The notes under the pieces were generated by a model that saw nothing but the letters and a program-made list of their open reading frames with translations, was not told where the DNA came from and ran no database searches. Of a stretch of 64,000 nucleotides of DNA, positions 27,791 through 40,683 are shown in pieces; within the stretch, counting starts at the first letter, position 1; each line of letters begins with the position of its first letter. The DNA comes from Octopus vulgaris (taxonomy: Eukaryota). The stretch is from NCBI GenBank assembly GCA_951406725.2, contig OX597821.1:116126001-116190000 (forward strand), read 5' to 3'. Position numbers and translations under genes: made by a program.

Positions 27791-28519
27791 ACATATATAT
27801 GATCGCGCGCGTGTGTTTAAGAAAACAATATCGACGTGTCTGTTAGAATAAATTGTACATTCACACAAAACTTTACAAAAACTTGAAAACCTACGTTGAT
27901 GTGTGTGAAAAACTAAAAAAAAGTTCTTTTACCTTCAGCTTTCCTATATCAGGCTTTGAGAATTTCATCCCATCGAAAGTGATGTTGGATTGATAAGCAG
28001 ATCGACGAGTAGATGATTTAAAGAAGAAACAGTTATTTTTCTGGTGGTTGTCGTCATGAATATATTTCCTTAATTGATAGCAGTAGTGAATTACTTTCGC
28101 TAATATAAATTCTATAATTTCAACGTAGGTGTTTTGAGAAGTAAATGTGGGCGTTAGAGTCACCTGTTTGTTTCTTTTGTAAGACGTTTCTATCTTATAA
28201 GTTTGTAGACAGATACCGTGTTACATTTAAATGAAAAATGAGCTTGAAATGTATCAGGATACGTAATCGGATGTACGCGTCTCTGTATACGTAATTGAAA
28301 ATCCTTCTGAATGCGTAGCATTAAAACCTGAAGCGTTTGTATCGCGTTAAGACCACATCGGCTTGTTTTGATTCCGTAGATAATGACGGCTGCAAGTGCG
28401 GCGAAGGGGGTGGAGTGTCGAGAAATAGTAGGAGAGTAGAGAAGTATGTAGGGAAGAAGAAAATGTGACTAAGAATTGCTGGGTGGGGGGGGGGAGAAAA
28501 GAACCAGTGTGATGACGGA

Positions 28520-29050
28520 TACATACATACATACATACATACATACATACATACATACGTACATACATACGAATATATGTATGAATGAATGTATGCAGGT
28601 GTGTGTATGTATGTATATATATATATATACATACATACACATACATACATATATCTATATATATATATATACATGTTATACATATATTCATAAAACACAC
28701 GCACAAACACACACAAACAAACACACACACAGACACAAACACACACACACACGCAATGCAATGGTTGACCACGCATAGTTTGGCCTATAAATACTACATG
28801 CAATTTAACAGTTGCGCGAGTAACTATGTAAATATATGTATCTATAAATGCATGTATACACCTTCCCCACACATACATATATATATGTATATAGATGGAT
28901 AGATAGATAGATAGATAGATACATACATACATACATACATACATACATACATACATACATACATACATACATACATACGTACACACATATAGATATAAGA
29001 TATAAATATATATATAGGTAGATATAGATATAAGATGAATATATATAAGA
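28520..29050. repeat. Compound (CATA)n/(TA)n/(CA)n/(GATA)n microsatellites
   Basis: Directly visible. Confidence 0.9.
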
Positions 29051-29089
29051 TGTATATATCTTTATTTATGTTATCTCTCTCTCTCTCTC

Positions 29090-29309
29090 TTACTCTCTTT
29101 ACTCTCTTACTTGTTCCAGTCATTTGTCTGCGGCCATGCTGGAGCACCGTCTTTAGTCGAGCAAATCGACCCCAGGGCTTATTCTTTGGAAGCCTAGTCC
29201 TTTTTCTATCGGTCTCTTTTGCCGAACCGCTAAGTTACGGGGACGTAAACAACATCAGTTGTCAAGCGATGTTGGGGGGGACAAACACAGACACAAACAT
29301 ACACACACA

Positions 29310-29340
<31 letters not shown>

Positions 29341-29530
29341 GCGCGTGCACACACACACACACACTCACACACACACATATACATACATACGACGGGCTTC
29401 TTTCAGTTTCCGTCTACCAAATCCACTCAGAAGGCTTTGGTCGGCCCGAGGCTATAGTAGAAGACACTTGCCCAAGGTGCCACGCAGTGGGAATGAACCC
29501 GGAACCATGTAGTTGGTAAGCAAGCTACTT
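29090..29530 (-). mobile_element. SINE family B, 3' portion (split by insertion; 5' tip at 31568-31604)
   Basis: Consensus runs to ...GGTAAGCAAGCTACTT and resumes as TAAGCAAGCTACTTACAACACAACCACTCCTGCC at 31568. Confidence 0.92.
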
Positions 29531-31567
29531 TATTTCATAAAATTTATCATTATAGACAGTGCAAAGAGTGTGTAGCTTTGCTGGCTGGACAAACACATTA
29601 ATGAATGAAAATGAAATAGAATGAATAAATGAGAGACGGAACCCAACACCCGCCGATTGGATTTTTCTCGAAAACATATTTTCTTTTTTTAAAAATCAAT
29701 ATGAGGTTTCAAATCTCTTACAAGAAGGAGGCACTAAAACCTCTTACTTAACATGTTTTTTTTTTCTTTTTTAAAACACACAATTGAGGTTATAAACCAC
29801 TACAAATAATACAATAAGATGAGGTTTCAAACCCTATAACGAGGGTCTTTCACCTCCTACTCTTCGATATATCCATCGATATCTTCATCATTATATTCAA
29901 TGCCGCTTGAGTTCCTGTATCCCGCCATTTCCCATGCCTCACTCATGTAGGACATGTAAGTCGTGTAAGGGCCACCCGGCCATATGCGACACTCCTCCCC
30001 AAATCCTTTAAACCTTTCCCATAAGGGAAACCTTATGACCTCCACAGCTATCTACGGAGGCCATTCGGGATCCCGTGTGAAGAGCATATCTACTTTCTCT
30101 TTATGCTCTTCTACTAATTTTTCCACCTCCCCGCCCTTGTAGAAAAAGATAATTAATTGATCATCTTTAAGGGTAGGGTGGTTTCTTCCACCGCGGGTGG
30201 CACAACTTCGGGACATGCAGACGGCACATCATCTCCCCGCTGAGATGACCCGTTCTTCTTCCTTCTTTTTTTTCTTTTCTTCCTGGCTTCGGGAGAGTGG
30301 AGCTCTTCCGCTTTGTCCGGAGACTCTCCCCCGCCTCTCAAAGCCTTAGGTTCCTTCGGCGGGCAACTATTGTTGCCCACCTTCTTCCTTTTTAATCCTT
30401 TTTGAGTTGAGGAGGCTGAAGCCTCCTCGACTACATCCACCTCTCCCTTTGACCGGGTAGGGGAGGTGGCATCTAGTGACTGTTCCAGGACCATACCATG
30501 GTCCTGGGGGCAGTTCCTTTTAATGTGGCCTGGCTGCAGGCACGAGTGACACTTGGGGGACATCCCTCAAGTATCACCGGATACCTGCAGCCAGTCATTT
30601 TCAAGAAATCTGGAAAAACCAGATCTGTTGCGGCCGATGGGGTCCACAGGGTCAAAATCGCTTTTGACCCTTCCCAATCGACCGCCGGCAATACCCTTAC
30701 ATTTAAGAGCCTGGGCCCGCCATCCCCCAGTCCCCGCCGGATGGTATCTTCAATCCAATCCGCTTCGGTACCCGGGGGCAACCCACATACCCAGGCTCGT
30801 ATTAATTTTTTTCCACAATATGACGGAAGGAACAGAATTTCCTTGCCTTCTAAAGGCTGACTCTCAAACTGGCGAGCCTTTTCTCTGTTGTCAAACAGCA
30901 ACCATGCGGTTGCATGTTTGACACCACGGGATATATATTTTAAAGAGGACAAATGTTCTTTAAGTTCATTTTTTTATGACTTGCTTTGGGAAGACGGTAA
31001 TGGAATTAAGAACTTTAGAATATGTTCTAAGTAACATCGTCTTCTCCTCCATATCTTTTAACCACTGCTTAGGCGGGTTAATTTCCCACTCTAAGACAGA
31101 GTTTTTCTTTTTAAGTTCCTTCTCTGCCATGTCAAAAAACAGTTCAAAAGACAGTCTGCCAAACAATTAAACCGAATAAAAATAAAACAAAATAAAAGAG
31201 GAGGGGAGGAAACTGAAATTAAAGTAATGAAAAGAATGAACCAAAATTTAGAAAGAAAGAAAAAACAGAAGAAGGGAAAAGTAAAAAAACCCCTCACAAA
31301 TAGCACAGACAGGGAATCCTTTGTATAATACTCTAAAAAGGTAATCCAAATGGCTTATTCTTATTTTTCTGGCGAGATACGCCCACTAGTATTTACAAGA
31401 AGAATTTTCAAGCAAAAATTCTCAATTCACCGTTACGGTGATGAGAACCCAGTATTTTGCTCGCTATAGTTGACAATTTTTCTTTTTGTTCTTTTTTTCT
31501 ATTCATGGAGCCGAAACTCACATCTTCTCACAGTAACAATCCAGACCAACTAGTGTTGCATTCTGGA
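29531..31567 (-). mobile_element. ORF1-only (half) Tx1-like non-LTR retrotransposon, complete insertion with 14-bp TSD
   Basis: TSD TAAGCAAGCTACTT at 29517-29530 and 31568-31581; 5'UTR, ORF1 relic and 3'UTR ending ATGAAATA(AAG); no RT or endonuclease sequence. Confidence 0.88.
29857..31130 (-). pseudogene. Frameshifted ORF1 (CCHC zinc-knuckle, gag-like nucleic-acid-binding protein)
   Basis: Joined frames MAEKELKK.../..YISRGVKHATAWLLF..FLPSYCGKKLIRAWVCGLPP..VILEGCP/PKCHSCLQPGHIKRNCP..RKKRKKRRKK; three frameshifts and one stop. Confidence 0.85.
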
Positions 31568-31601
31568 TAAGCAAGCTACTTACAACACAACCACTCCTGC
31601 C

Positions 31602-31641
<40 letters not shown>

Positions 31642-31656
31642 TTATCTATCTAAATA

Positions 31657-31835
31657 TGCGCATTCGCTCTTGTGTGGTTAAGAAGTTTCGATCTATAAGT
31701 TCACTCTATAACTCCATGGTTTCGGGCTTGGTCCCACTGCACGGACCTGGTGCCACTGTCTTCTACTGGAGCCAGGGACCGACCAGTGTCTTGTGAGTGA
31801 ATCTGGTAAAAGGAAACGGTGTGGAAGCAAGTCTT
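31657..31835 (+). mobile_element. Diverged SINE family B 5' half
   Basis: TGTGTGGTTAAGAAG...GTCCCACTGC...TGTCTTCTACT...TTGTGAGTGAATCTGGTA; followed by (TG)n at 31888-31993. Confidence 0.7.
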
Positions 31836-31884
31836 ATATGTATATGTATATATATGTTTATGTCTTTGATTGTAAATATATATA

Positions 31885-31997
<113 letters not shown>

Positions 31998-32331
31998 GGG
32001 CACAGGGCCTATTTAAGGTGTTGCACTCGGGATTCCTGGATCGGTTGGTGCTTTGTGCTCTTCAGCTGACCGCTTCATTACTGCGTCCCCTGCGATCCCT
32101 TCGGCACTTAGCGTCTAGTGCTCCGTCGATTCGATGGAAGGAATTAACAAATGTACGGCACAAACATTTCATCACTATATGCAAAACGTGTGTGCAGGTT
32201 TTTTTAGAAAGAAACTGCAGAACCGTTCTTCTCGGTCTACGAGAGACGACCACCTGTGTCACCACCACCACCATCGCCGCCGCCGCTGCCACCAACAACA
32301 CCAACACCACCACCACCAGCATTAACAAAAG

Positions 32332-32700
32332 TGGAGGCACAATGGCCAGGTGGTTAAGGCAGCGGACTCGAGGTCGGAGGATCGCGGTTTCGATTCCCAG
32401 ACTGGGCGTTGTGTGTGTTTATTGAGCGAAAGCACCTAAAGCTCCACGAGGCTCCGGCAGGGGGTGGTGACGACTCCTGTTGTACTCTTTCACTCCAACT
32501 TTCTCTCACTCTTTCTTCCTGTTTCTTGTCTCCCAACTTCCTACGCAACCGCTGAGCCTGGATGTGTCTTTATCCATCCGTCGATGCTCTCGGTGTCGGG
32601 GGTTGACCTGCTTTCTCTTCTGCGGGTCTTACGAATAGCAAAGGACCACGATTCGGACTTCCCCCACTGCGAGCTCTGGGACGAAGACCGATTCGCTCAA
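32332..32700 (+). mobile_element. SINE family C (tRNA-derived head)
   Basis: TGGCCAGGTGGTTAAGGCAGCGGACTCGAGG...GGTTTCGATTCCCAGAC; (CAC/CAA)n tail. Confidence 0.8.
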
Positions 32701-32729
32701 CACCAACACCACCACCATCAACAGCACCG

Positions 32730-34500
32730 TCCTTATGAGACGAAGAATGGAAGTCTCAAATCGTTTACATGAACAATTTAATGACGGCGAGACGTCCCAA
32801 AAATGCCCTTACAAAGATGGAAAATAAATTCAAAATCTCCCATCAAACGGAAAACTAAGTAAAAGAAAACTAGGGCGGTTGAAATTACAAGATAGATCCT
32901 AAAGCCTTCTAGAAATTTGCAAAATAATCTGCCTCACTGCATCACAAGAGGGGGTATTGTCTGACGAAAATGACTTACTAACTGCAGACCCTGTGATGAT
33001 CAGTGAAATAAGCGACCCTAAAGTGTTTTCACCTCTTCGGTGGCATATATGCAAATAAGCAAATCTGTTGATTTCTTCAACACCGCAGATCCATACAGGG
33101 ATGAGAAAATCATCGATTATATCGATATGAAAGAAGAGGATGTAATAATGGCCATTGATGAGATGAATTGGAGCCAAACGTCGGCCTTTGATTGTTTTCC
33201 AGTTGTTCTTTTGAAGACATTCAAGCAGGCTTTCGGAAAACCACTGCAGACTCTTTTCCAGACTTTCCTCGTATGTGACAAACATAATGTTGAAAGAATG
33301 TATCACTTGCTCTATTCATAATTAAAGAAGCAGAGCAGATGTTAAGAATTGCAGGTTTATCTCTCCGGTTAGCAAAGTGATGGAATGTACGGTCATAAGG
33401 AAGCTAATCGCGTTCCAAAAAGAAAACAGCTTGCTCATAAACACGTAGCACAGCTTCCATCTATGAAGCAGCTGCGTCACACAGCGACTGCAGTATTATG
33501 ACTGAACCGTTTAGATGCGGTTAAGACCGTTGACGAACTCGATTATGGCATAATATGTCACAAACGTGACCTTGGTATCATTGGAAAATTCAGGGGAGTC
33601 ACTGCATGGCTTTTTAAAAAGATAAAATCAGTCGCAGCCAATTGTGCTTTCATTGAGTAGATATCAATATTAAATGGTATCCCTCGGAGAACTGTATTGG
33701 TCCACCAATGTTTGTGGTAGCTCCTACAGTCATCCTCTCTCGCCAGCCGTGCTCATGATACAAAAATATCACAAGCCGTCAAGGACCTTGATAATAATAA
33801 AACACTAAAGAAAGACCCGAACACAACATACAGGAGGGCTGAAGAAAACATGCAGTAATGCTGACAAGTTTCAAGCACTCCGCTTTCGACCCACCAACAG
33901 ATTGCAATCAGAATAAAGGACCAGGGGGTCTTGCTGTTCCAGAGTCAGAGCCAGTGCGTGACATTGGAATCCACATGAGTACCGATGCATCGTTCTGTGT
34001 GCATATTACTCAGATGGCAACAATGTGTAGGCGACTGACTGGTTGGATTCTTAGATTATTCAGATTATTAAATGAAAACCCTGCTGCTCCAGTGGAGAAC
34101 ATTCGTTCTCGTTCGCCTGGATTACTACACCCAATTATGGTTGCTACCAAGCGTCAAACTAACAGCAAAACTCGAGGCAATTCAAGAAGAGCTAGTGGGG
34201 GAGGCTGAAAGAATTAAGACTTCACTTAGAGAGAAGACGTGAAAGATATATAGTGATATATACATGGAAGATTCTGGAAAATCTAGCTCCAAATTTTGCG
34301 ATTGAGAGGTATACCAATCACCGAACAGGACGCCGTTGTACAGTACTAAAAATCTCACCATCTTCGTCTAGAGTAAGGCCCCTGTACGGTTCCAGCTTAG
34401 GATTCAATGTCCCTCAACTTTTCAATACCTTGTCAAAAGGCCTCAGAGATCTACAAAGTGTAGATGTTCTCAAAGAACGTTTAGACACTTTTTTATCTGA
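32730..34500 (+). mobile_element. Decayed CR1/L2-group LINE ORF2
   Basis: NGIPRRTVL (GVPQG-like), VRDIGIHMS, TGWILR, RRERYIVIYTWKILENLAPN, PQLFNTL; many stops. Confidence 0.75.
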
Positions 34501-34696
34501 GGCAGCAAGAAACGTACAGAAGAGTAACTTTGTTCCACTTACTGCTTTATTGGGACCTATTCCAGAGACAGGACTAGAAAATGAGCCAAAACTAAACTTG
34601 CATTTAACGCTAATACATGACCACAACCTCTGCCTGAAATCATAAAAGGAAAGAATCGAAGAAAGAATATGTATGTATGTATGTATGTATGGATTT

Positions 34697-35495
34697 ATGT
34701 CATTATTCAGTATTAGTTCAAGATTTCTTGCCAATAGTGAAAGAGCCGGTTACTAACCTAGATCTAGGGCTCCTTCATTGGAATTTCAAGAACACCAACA
34801 GGGTATTTTTGTATGTATGTATGTATGTATGTATGTATGTATGTATGTATGTATGTATGTATGTATGCATGCATGCATGTATGTATATGTGCAGATTTGT
34901 ATGTTTTGTTTTATGAAGGTTATTCTCATGCATATAGCTGTATATCTAGACATGCTCATATATACTTAAATGATAAACTTCTGGAAAGTTTTGCAGATTT
35001 TTAATGTTCCAGTGATGGAATGGATCTGTAGTCTTCGTATCAGCTTTCTCCATTCTGGTTTGAGAAACCTAATTTCTCAACATTGGTATTTAGGCAGCGT
35101 GTTACATATTTCAGTGCTCCAATAATTACAGGTATGAACCTGTACTTGTAATCTGGATAGAGTAGCCGTAGATTTCTCAATAGTTCAGCGTAAGTATTTT
35201 CTTTTTCGCTGAACTTTAGCTTTATGTTTACATCCGCTGCGCAGCTGGTTTCGACAACCGCACAGTTTTTCTTCTCAATCCCAAATTACTATGTCAGGTC
35301 TATTATGTTTATATCTAATTGAAGTTTTCACTGAGACATTTCACCAGCACTCCTTTTTATTATGAGTGGCTATGGCTTCTATCATATTGTACGTTCTTAT
35401 TTCTTTGGCCTCGGGATTAGCCTTCCAATCGATCTCATTATACAGCATCCTAGCTACAACATTATATCTCATCAGTAGATAATTCCGTGATGACA
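34697..35495 (-). mobile_element. 3' end of R4/Dong-like non-LTR element (restriction-like endonuclease)
   Basis: KHNRPDIVIWD..VVETSC..KENTYAELLRNLRLLYPDYKYRFIPVIIGAL; 3'UTR homologous to 58720-58800. Confidence 0.8.
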
Positions 35496-35533
35496 TGTAT
35501 GTACGTATATATGTATATAGATCTATCTATCTA

Positions 35534-35589
<56 letters not shown>

Positions 35590-35652
35590 TCCCGGGTTGA
35601 GTCGGGGTTAACCACAGTAAATAAGGTACTCAATACATAGCAGAGTAAAGTA

Positions 35653-35721
35653 ATTTATTTTATAGAAGGAGCTTTCATCTGAATGAAACAGTTCTAGTCC
35701 TGTAGAAGCTCCTTCTATAAA

Positions 35722-35727
<6 letters not shown>
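35653..35727. repeat. Perfect 22-bp inverted repeat with 31-nt spacer (probably Penelope-type)
   Basis: ATTTATTTTATAGAAGGAGCTT / AAGCTCCTTCTATAAAATAAAT. Confidence 0.8.
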
Positions 35728-35807
<80 letters not shown>

Positions 35808-36138
35808 AAGTTGAAAAATTTGGAATACAAAAAGTACAGAAAACTAAATGGAGAATTATCTCAGGTCCGACAGTTGTTTCTGGGGTCTCTGGGATTACAT
35901 GATAGTTGTAATCTCCAAGGTGGCAGATGGAGTGTGCAAAATGTCATCCCAAGCAACGAGCAGTGGGGATCAACTGAAAGAATAGAGAACAATCACTTTT
36001 CAATATATTCATCAGAATCGCAATAAACTGATTGTCATAAGAAAGGAATTTGATCAAGATGGTCCTATTTGAAAAGTAGCCCACCTGTATTAAGCAAGTC
36101 TTTGATCAGTACTACACAGGCAAAACAGAGAATGTGAA

Positions 36139-36183
<45 letters not shown>

Positions 36184-36220
36184 GTATGTATATATATATA
36201 TATATATATATGTATCCCAG

Positions 36221-37135
36221 TGTATATAAAACTGAGAACGTGTGTCTGTCTGTTTGTCTGTGTGTTTCCCTAAAACTTGAGAACTACACAACCAATTTCA
36301 TTCAAATTTTACACATGCCTTACTTAGGGTCCATGTAGATTCATGGGCAAAAAAATTGTTCAACTTCTTGCCTAGGGCGAGCCCATAGAAATATCTTCTC
36401 CACTATTTCAGTATTACGTGTTAAAATTGAAACAAAAACATTTCTCTATTTTATGTCAGATACTTTCACTTCAACAATAAAAATTAGAGATAATAATAAT
36501 TGAATTATATGTAGTAAGTAATAATTAAAATCAAAAGTATAATATAATCGTAACATAACAAAAGTAAAAATAGCAATTGGTATAAAATTGCATCAATGAC
36601 ATGAACTTGAATAAGTAGTTTCACATGAATGGGAATAAATTAAAAATAAAATTAGTGTGCAGAAATGGAATAGTCCAGATGGAGCTGTGCACATACTGTT
36701 TACCACGGCTTTTACATTAGATTATCTGCTAATTAGCTAGCATTAAGTATCTATATGAAGTTTGGCTGTATGTAATGTCTGTTTTCTCAAACAGCTCCTT
36801 CTACTGAGTACTGCTGTTGGTTTATTTCTTATACATAAAGGACTATAGCTTCAATTGCGTACTGCTTTTTAATTCACCGTAAGGTTTGTTATTATTATTA
36901 CTGTTTAACTATTGTTGTCACGTTTGTTGGTACCTCGTAAAAGAAACGTTGTTGTGTTGCATTTGTTAAATAATAGTAAACTGTAACCCCCCCCCCTTGG
37001 GAGAAGGAGCTTTGGTTATTGTTTAAAAATTTAATTGTGTCCCTGATTGGGGAAATTGACAATATTTTCACCGTTTATACGAAAGCATTTTTGTTAGAAT
37101 GCCTTCGATAGAAGAAAGTCTAAAAATGAATTTCC
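36221..37135 (+). mobile_element. Non-autonomous Helitron-like element (5' part)
   Basis: TATATAAAACTGAGAA-(TGTC)n start shared with 37737; right end uncertain. Confidence 0.55.
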
Positions 37136-37211
37136 ATATAGATATACAGATATATATAGATATATATATAGATAATGTTTGTGGTGGCTAACGATCTATC
37201 ATGGCGACCAG

Positions 37212-37248
<37 letters not shown>

Positions 37249-37331
37249 TATATATATATACATGTATATACATGTATATATATATAAAAATATATATATA
37301 TATACATATATATATAAATATATATATAAAA

Positions 37332-37364
<33 letters not shown>

Positions 37365-37680
37365 CAGATGTATATATATAGCAGTATAAGTATAGATGTA
37401 TTTCTATAGATATACATGTATATGAAAACATGTATGTCAAGATGTATATATAGATGTACATGTAATATGTACACATATATATATACATATATATACATAT
37501 ATACAGGCATACATATATACACCCATACACACATACCGATACACCCACCCACACACACACACACAGGTGCCGGTGTGGCTGTGTGGTAACAAACTTGGTT
37601 CCAAAACACTTAGTCCTCACTTCAGTCCCACCGTGTGGTAACTTGGCATGTGTCTTCTGCTATAGCCTCGGACCAGCCAG

Positions 37681-38700
37681 AGCGCGCTCTGGGCGACATT
37701 GAGGCGACTGTACACAGGGTCATAATGCTAGTATATCGATATATGAAACTGAGAATGTGTGTCTGTCTGTCTGTGTGAATCCCTAAAACTTGAGAACTAC
37801 AAAACTAATTTCATTCAAATTTTACACATGCCTTATTAAGGGTCCATGGAGTGTATTGAGCTCGCTCTGGGCGGCATTGGGGCGACTGTTCACAGCTACC
37901 AGCCCACAGTAGACGCTATGCCGACCAGAGCTCGGGTCGGGTCGGGTTGGGTTGGGTTGGGAGAATTTCCATTATATATAGAGAACTATAGCGTCACAGC
38001 AGCATAAAAAACAACCCTTCCGCAATTGTTGGCAGATTTACCTACTCCGCATTGCGAGCAGTGCAACGAGATGCGTCTTCGTCAAATCAATTGCTCCCCC
38101 AAAGCAAATAAATTAAGTTTGAGATACGTGGGATGTCAAAGCTGCTAACAAAAACAGGACAGTGAAAACATTCGGTAAGGGCTGTTTAACCCTAACGAGG
38201 TGAAGTGCTGAACGCCGGAGAAAAAAAAGTTTGTCAAGAGACAGACAAGAATGCGTGTTATAGTTATAAACTGAACGAGAAGAAAAAGAATTACATTTAG
38301 AAATAGAGATCTATAATTATTGAGGACAGAATTTGAGTTAGAAATAGAGAACTATAAATATTGTATTTTGCATAAAGTGGTGGCTTACATTCGGGGTTTC
38401 CAATTTCTCTGTAAAATATAAGATAGTCGCAAAAATCATCGCACATGTCACCATCGATTACAAACACCGGTGGAAGATAAAAGTGCCAGAGGACATTCTT
38501 GTTCTTTCGTTTGCACAAGGATCGTATTATGTTTCGGCTTAAAATAAATTATAGATACAAATATAATGTATAGAAATACATAAAAACCAGAATAGAAAAT
38601 AAACGTCTTAGGCATATAAAATGAGATAACCTGAGATATCAAGGTGTTATAAACTTGAAGCCTACTAGAAAATCATAGATTATATATATCAAGTCATCCA
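37681..38700 (+). mobile_element. Non-autonomous Helitron-like element(s), tail-to-head junction
   Basis: GGGTCATAATGCTAGT (3'-end motif) at ~37717-37732 followed by a TATATGAAACTGAGAATGTGTGTCTGTCTG start; right end uncertain. Confidence 0.5.
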
Positions 38701-38839
38701 ATCAGTTCTGTCCAATTTTACCTTTTTTTTTAGATTTGAATGAAATTTAATAGTATTTTCAAATGTCTAATTCAATTAAAAATTATTTTTATGCATTTGT
38801 GTACGTTTAAACTAATTCAATATTGTTTTACAAAATAAT

Positions 38840-39425
38840 AGAGGGTGTCCACAAAGTCTGCGTACATGGGGATTAACACATACTTTTAAAACAAAACAAT
38901 TTTATTTAATTATAATGTTAATAAATAATATTTTCAAAGTGATTTCCATCATTTTCAATGCATAACTTGATGCGCCTTGCAAAATTCAGGTGAACTTGAT
39001 TAAATAAGTCTACATTGCCATCAATTTCAGCACACTGACTGGTAATGCGTTCTCTCATGAGTTTTAATGTAAAACTCTTTTGGTTTCAAGAAGATCGAAG
39101 AGGTCGGTTTGGAAAAATTTCTTCATCCAACTTATTCTCCCGACCTTACTCATTCAGGATACCATTTGTTTCATAGTTTACAGAATTATTAGGGGGACAC
39201 AACTTTCGTAAGCCAGGAGGAGGTTGAACCTGACATTTCAGAGTTCTTCGCTTTGAAACCAGAAGAGTTTTACATTGATGGGATTAAAAAGCTTGTAAAT
39301 AGATGGAAGTAAGTCATAGATAATCAGGGAAAGTACATTGATGATTAACTTTCAATTAAATGTAACATTTGATCACTTGGATTCGTTATCAAAAATTCGG
39401 ACAGAACTTATGGGATGACCTGAGA
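38840..39425. mobile_element. Two Tc1/mariner transposase 3' fragments back to back (- then +)
   Basis: HPTYSPDL..YHLFHSLQ on + (~39124); TIR-like ends GGGTGTCCACAAAGTC and CAGAACTTATGGGATGACC. Confidence 0.65.
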
Positions 39426-39609
39426 TATATACACTGTCGAAAATATATTTTAGACCGACGATAAAAGTTCTATTTCGTACAAAATAATTTGTTACTAACA
39501 CCATACAAATTGTTTATATCTTTTACACCTTATGCAAAATTTATTTCTCTTTCGAATGATGCAAACAATTTTTATACAACTTGAAGAATTCTAATTCTAA
39601 ATTAATATA

Positions 39610-39778
39610 TATTTCTTTACTGCCTACAAGGGGCTAAACATAGAGGGGACAAACAAGGGCAGACAAACGGATTAAGTCGATTACATCGACCCCAGTGCGT
39701 AACTGGTACTTAATTTATCGACTGCGAAAGGATGAAAGGCAAAGTCGACCTCGGCGGAATTTGAACTCAGAACGTAAT
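39610..39778 (-). mobile_element. 5'-truncated SINE family A
   Basis: Tail and central domain present, head missing. Confidence 0.88.
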
Positions 39779-39881
39779 ATAAACTTCAGACAAGAAAATT
39801 CAGATGTAGCACATGAGGTATTATTCCATACGAATATACACATATTTATATTAAGAGTTTCATGATAAAAATATAGAAATA

Positions 39882-40447
39882 TTGGGTTGTCCGGAAAGTT
39901 CGTGCCGATTTATAGTAGCTTATCTTTCGACTTATTTTAGAACATGTTTGAGTCCATAAAATAGGATTTGACTACACCTCCATTTAGAGCACAGTTTAAA
40001 CTATCTTTTCGTGGAAGGAGGTTTATGTTCCCATAACCTGTGTTAATTCTGTAACCCTTTAAAGTAAAAGATGAGAAAGTTCATTTTCGGCACTTGATGC
40101 TTTGAGAACCAGACAAAAATTGCTGCAGCTCGGCTGAGATGTGTTACCCCCACCCTCCCTATTCCGCAGATATTGCTCCTTCGGATTTCCACTTATTCAG
40201 GTCTCTGCAGAAAAGTCTTAATGGTAAAAATTTCAATTCCTTAGATGACGTAAAAAGATACTTTGACGAATTCTTTGCCTTGAAACCACCCCAATTCTGG
40301 GAAGAGGGTATTTTCAAGGTAAAGGAAAGATGGAGACGTATTGAGCAACGAAATGGTTCAGATTTAGTTCATTAAAAAAGTAATGGCAAGTATCTAGTGA
40401 CCTTTACTTTCCTTTAAAAATCGGAACGAACTTTCCAGACAACCCAA
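39882..40447 (+). mobile_element. Internally deleted mariner (DD34D) element
   Basis: ~30-bp TIRs TTGGGTTGTCCGGAAAGTTCGTGCCGATTT / AAATCGGAACGAACTTTCCAGACAACCCAA; TA on left; HPPYSADIAPSDFHLFRSLQ. Confidence 0.9.
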
Positions 40448-40683
40448 CATAAACATAACAATGAAATACGAATATAAATATGAAATATAAAAACCTAAAT
40501 TGAAAGAGGCGATTAAAATTTTTTTCCTAACCTGAAGCCGTTTCAGAAAAGTGGTTGTACGAAGTATTCAAAATTCAGCCCTCCTTCCTCAGGGTTCCTT
40601 TCTCGAGGTAAAATCCAGCAAAAAGCATTAAGTAATTACATGGTGAGTATTCAGTTGGTGAAAGTTCAGTTTTTGAGTATCTC

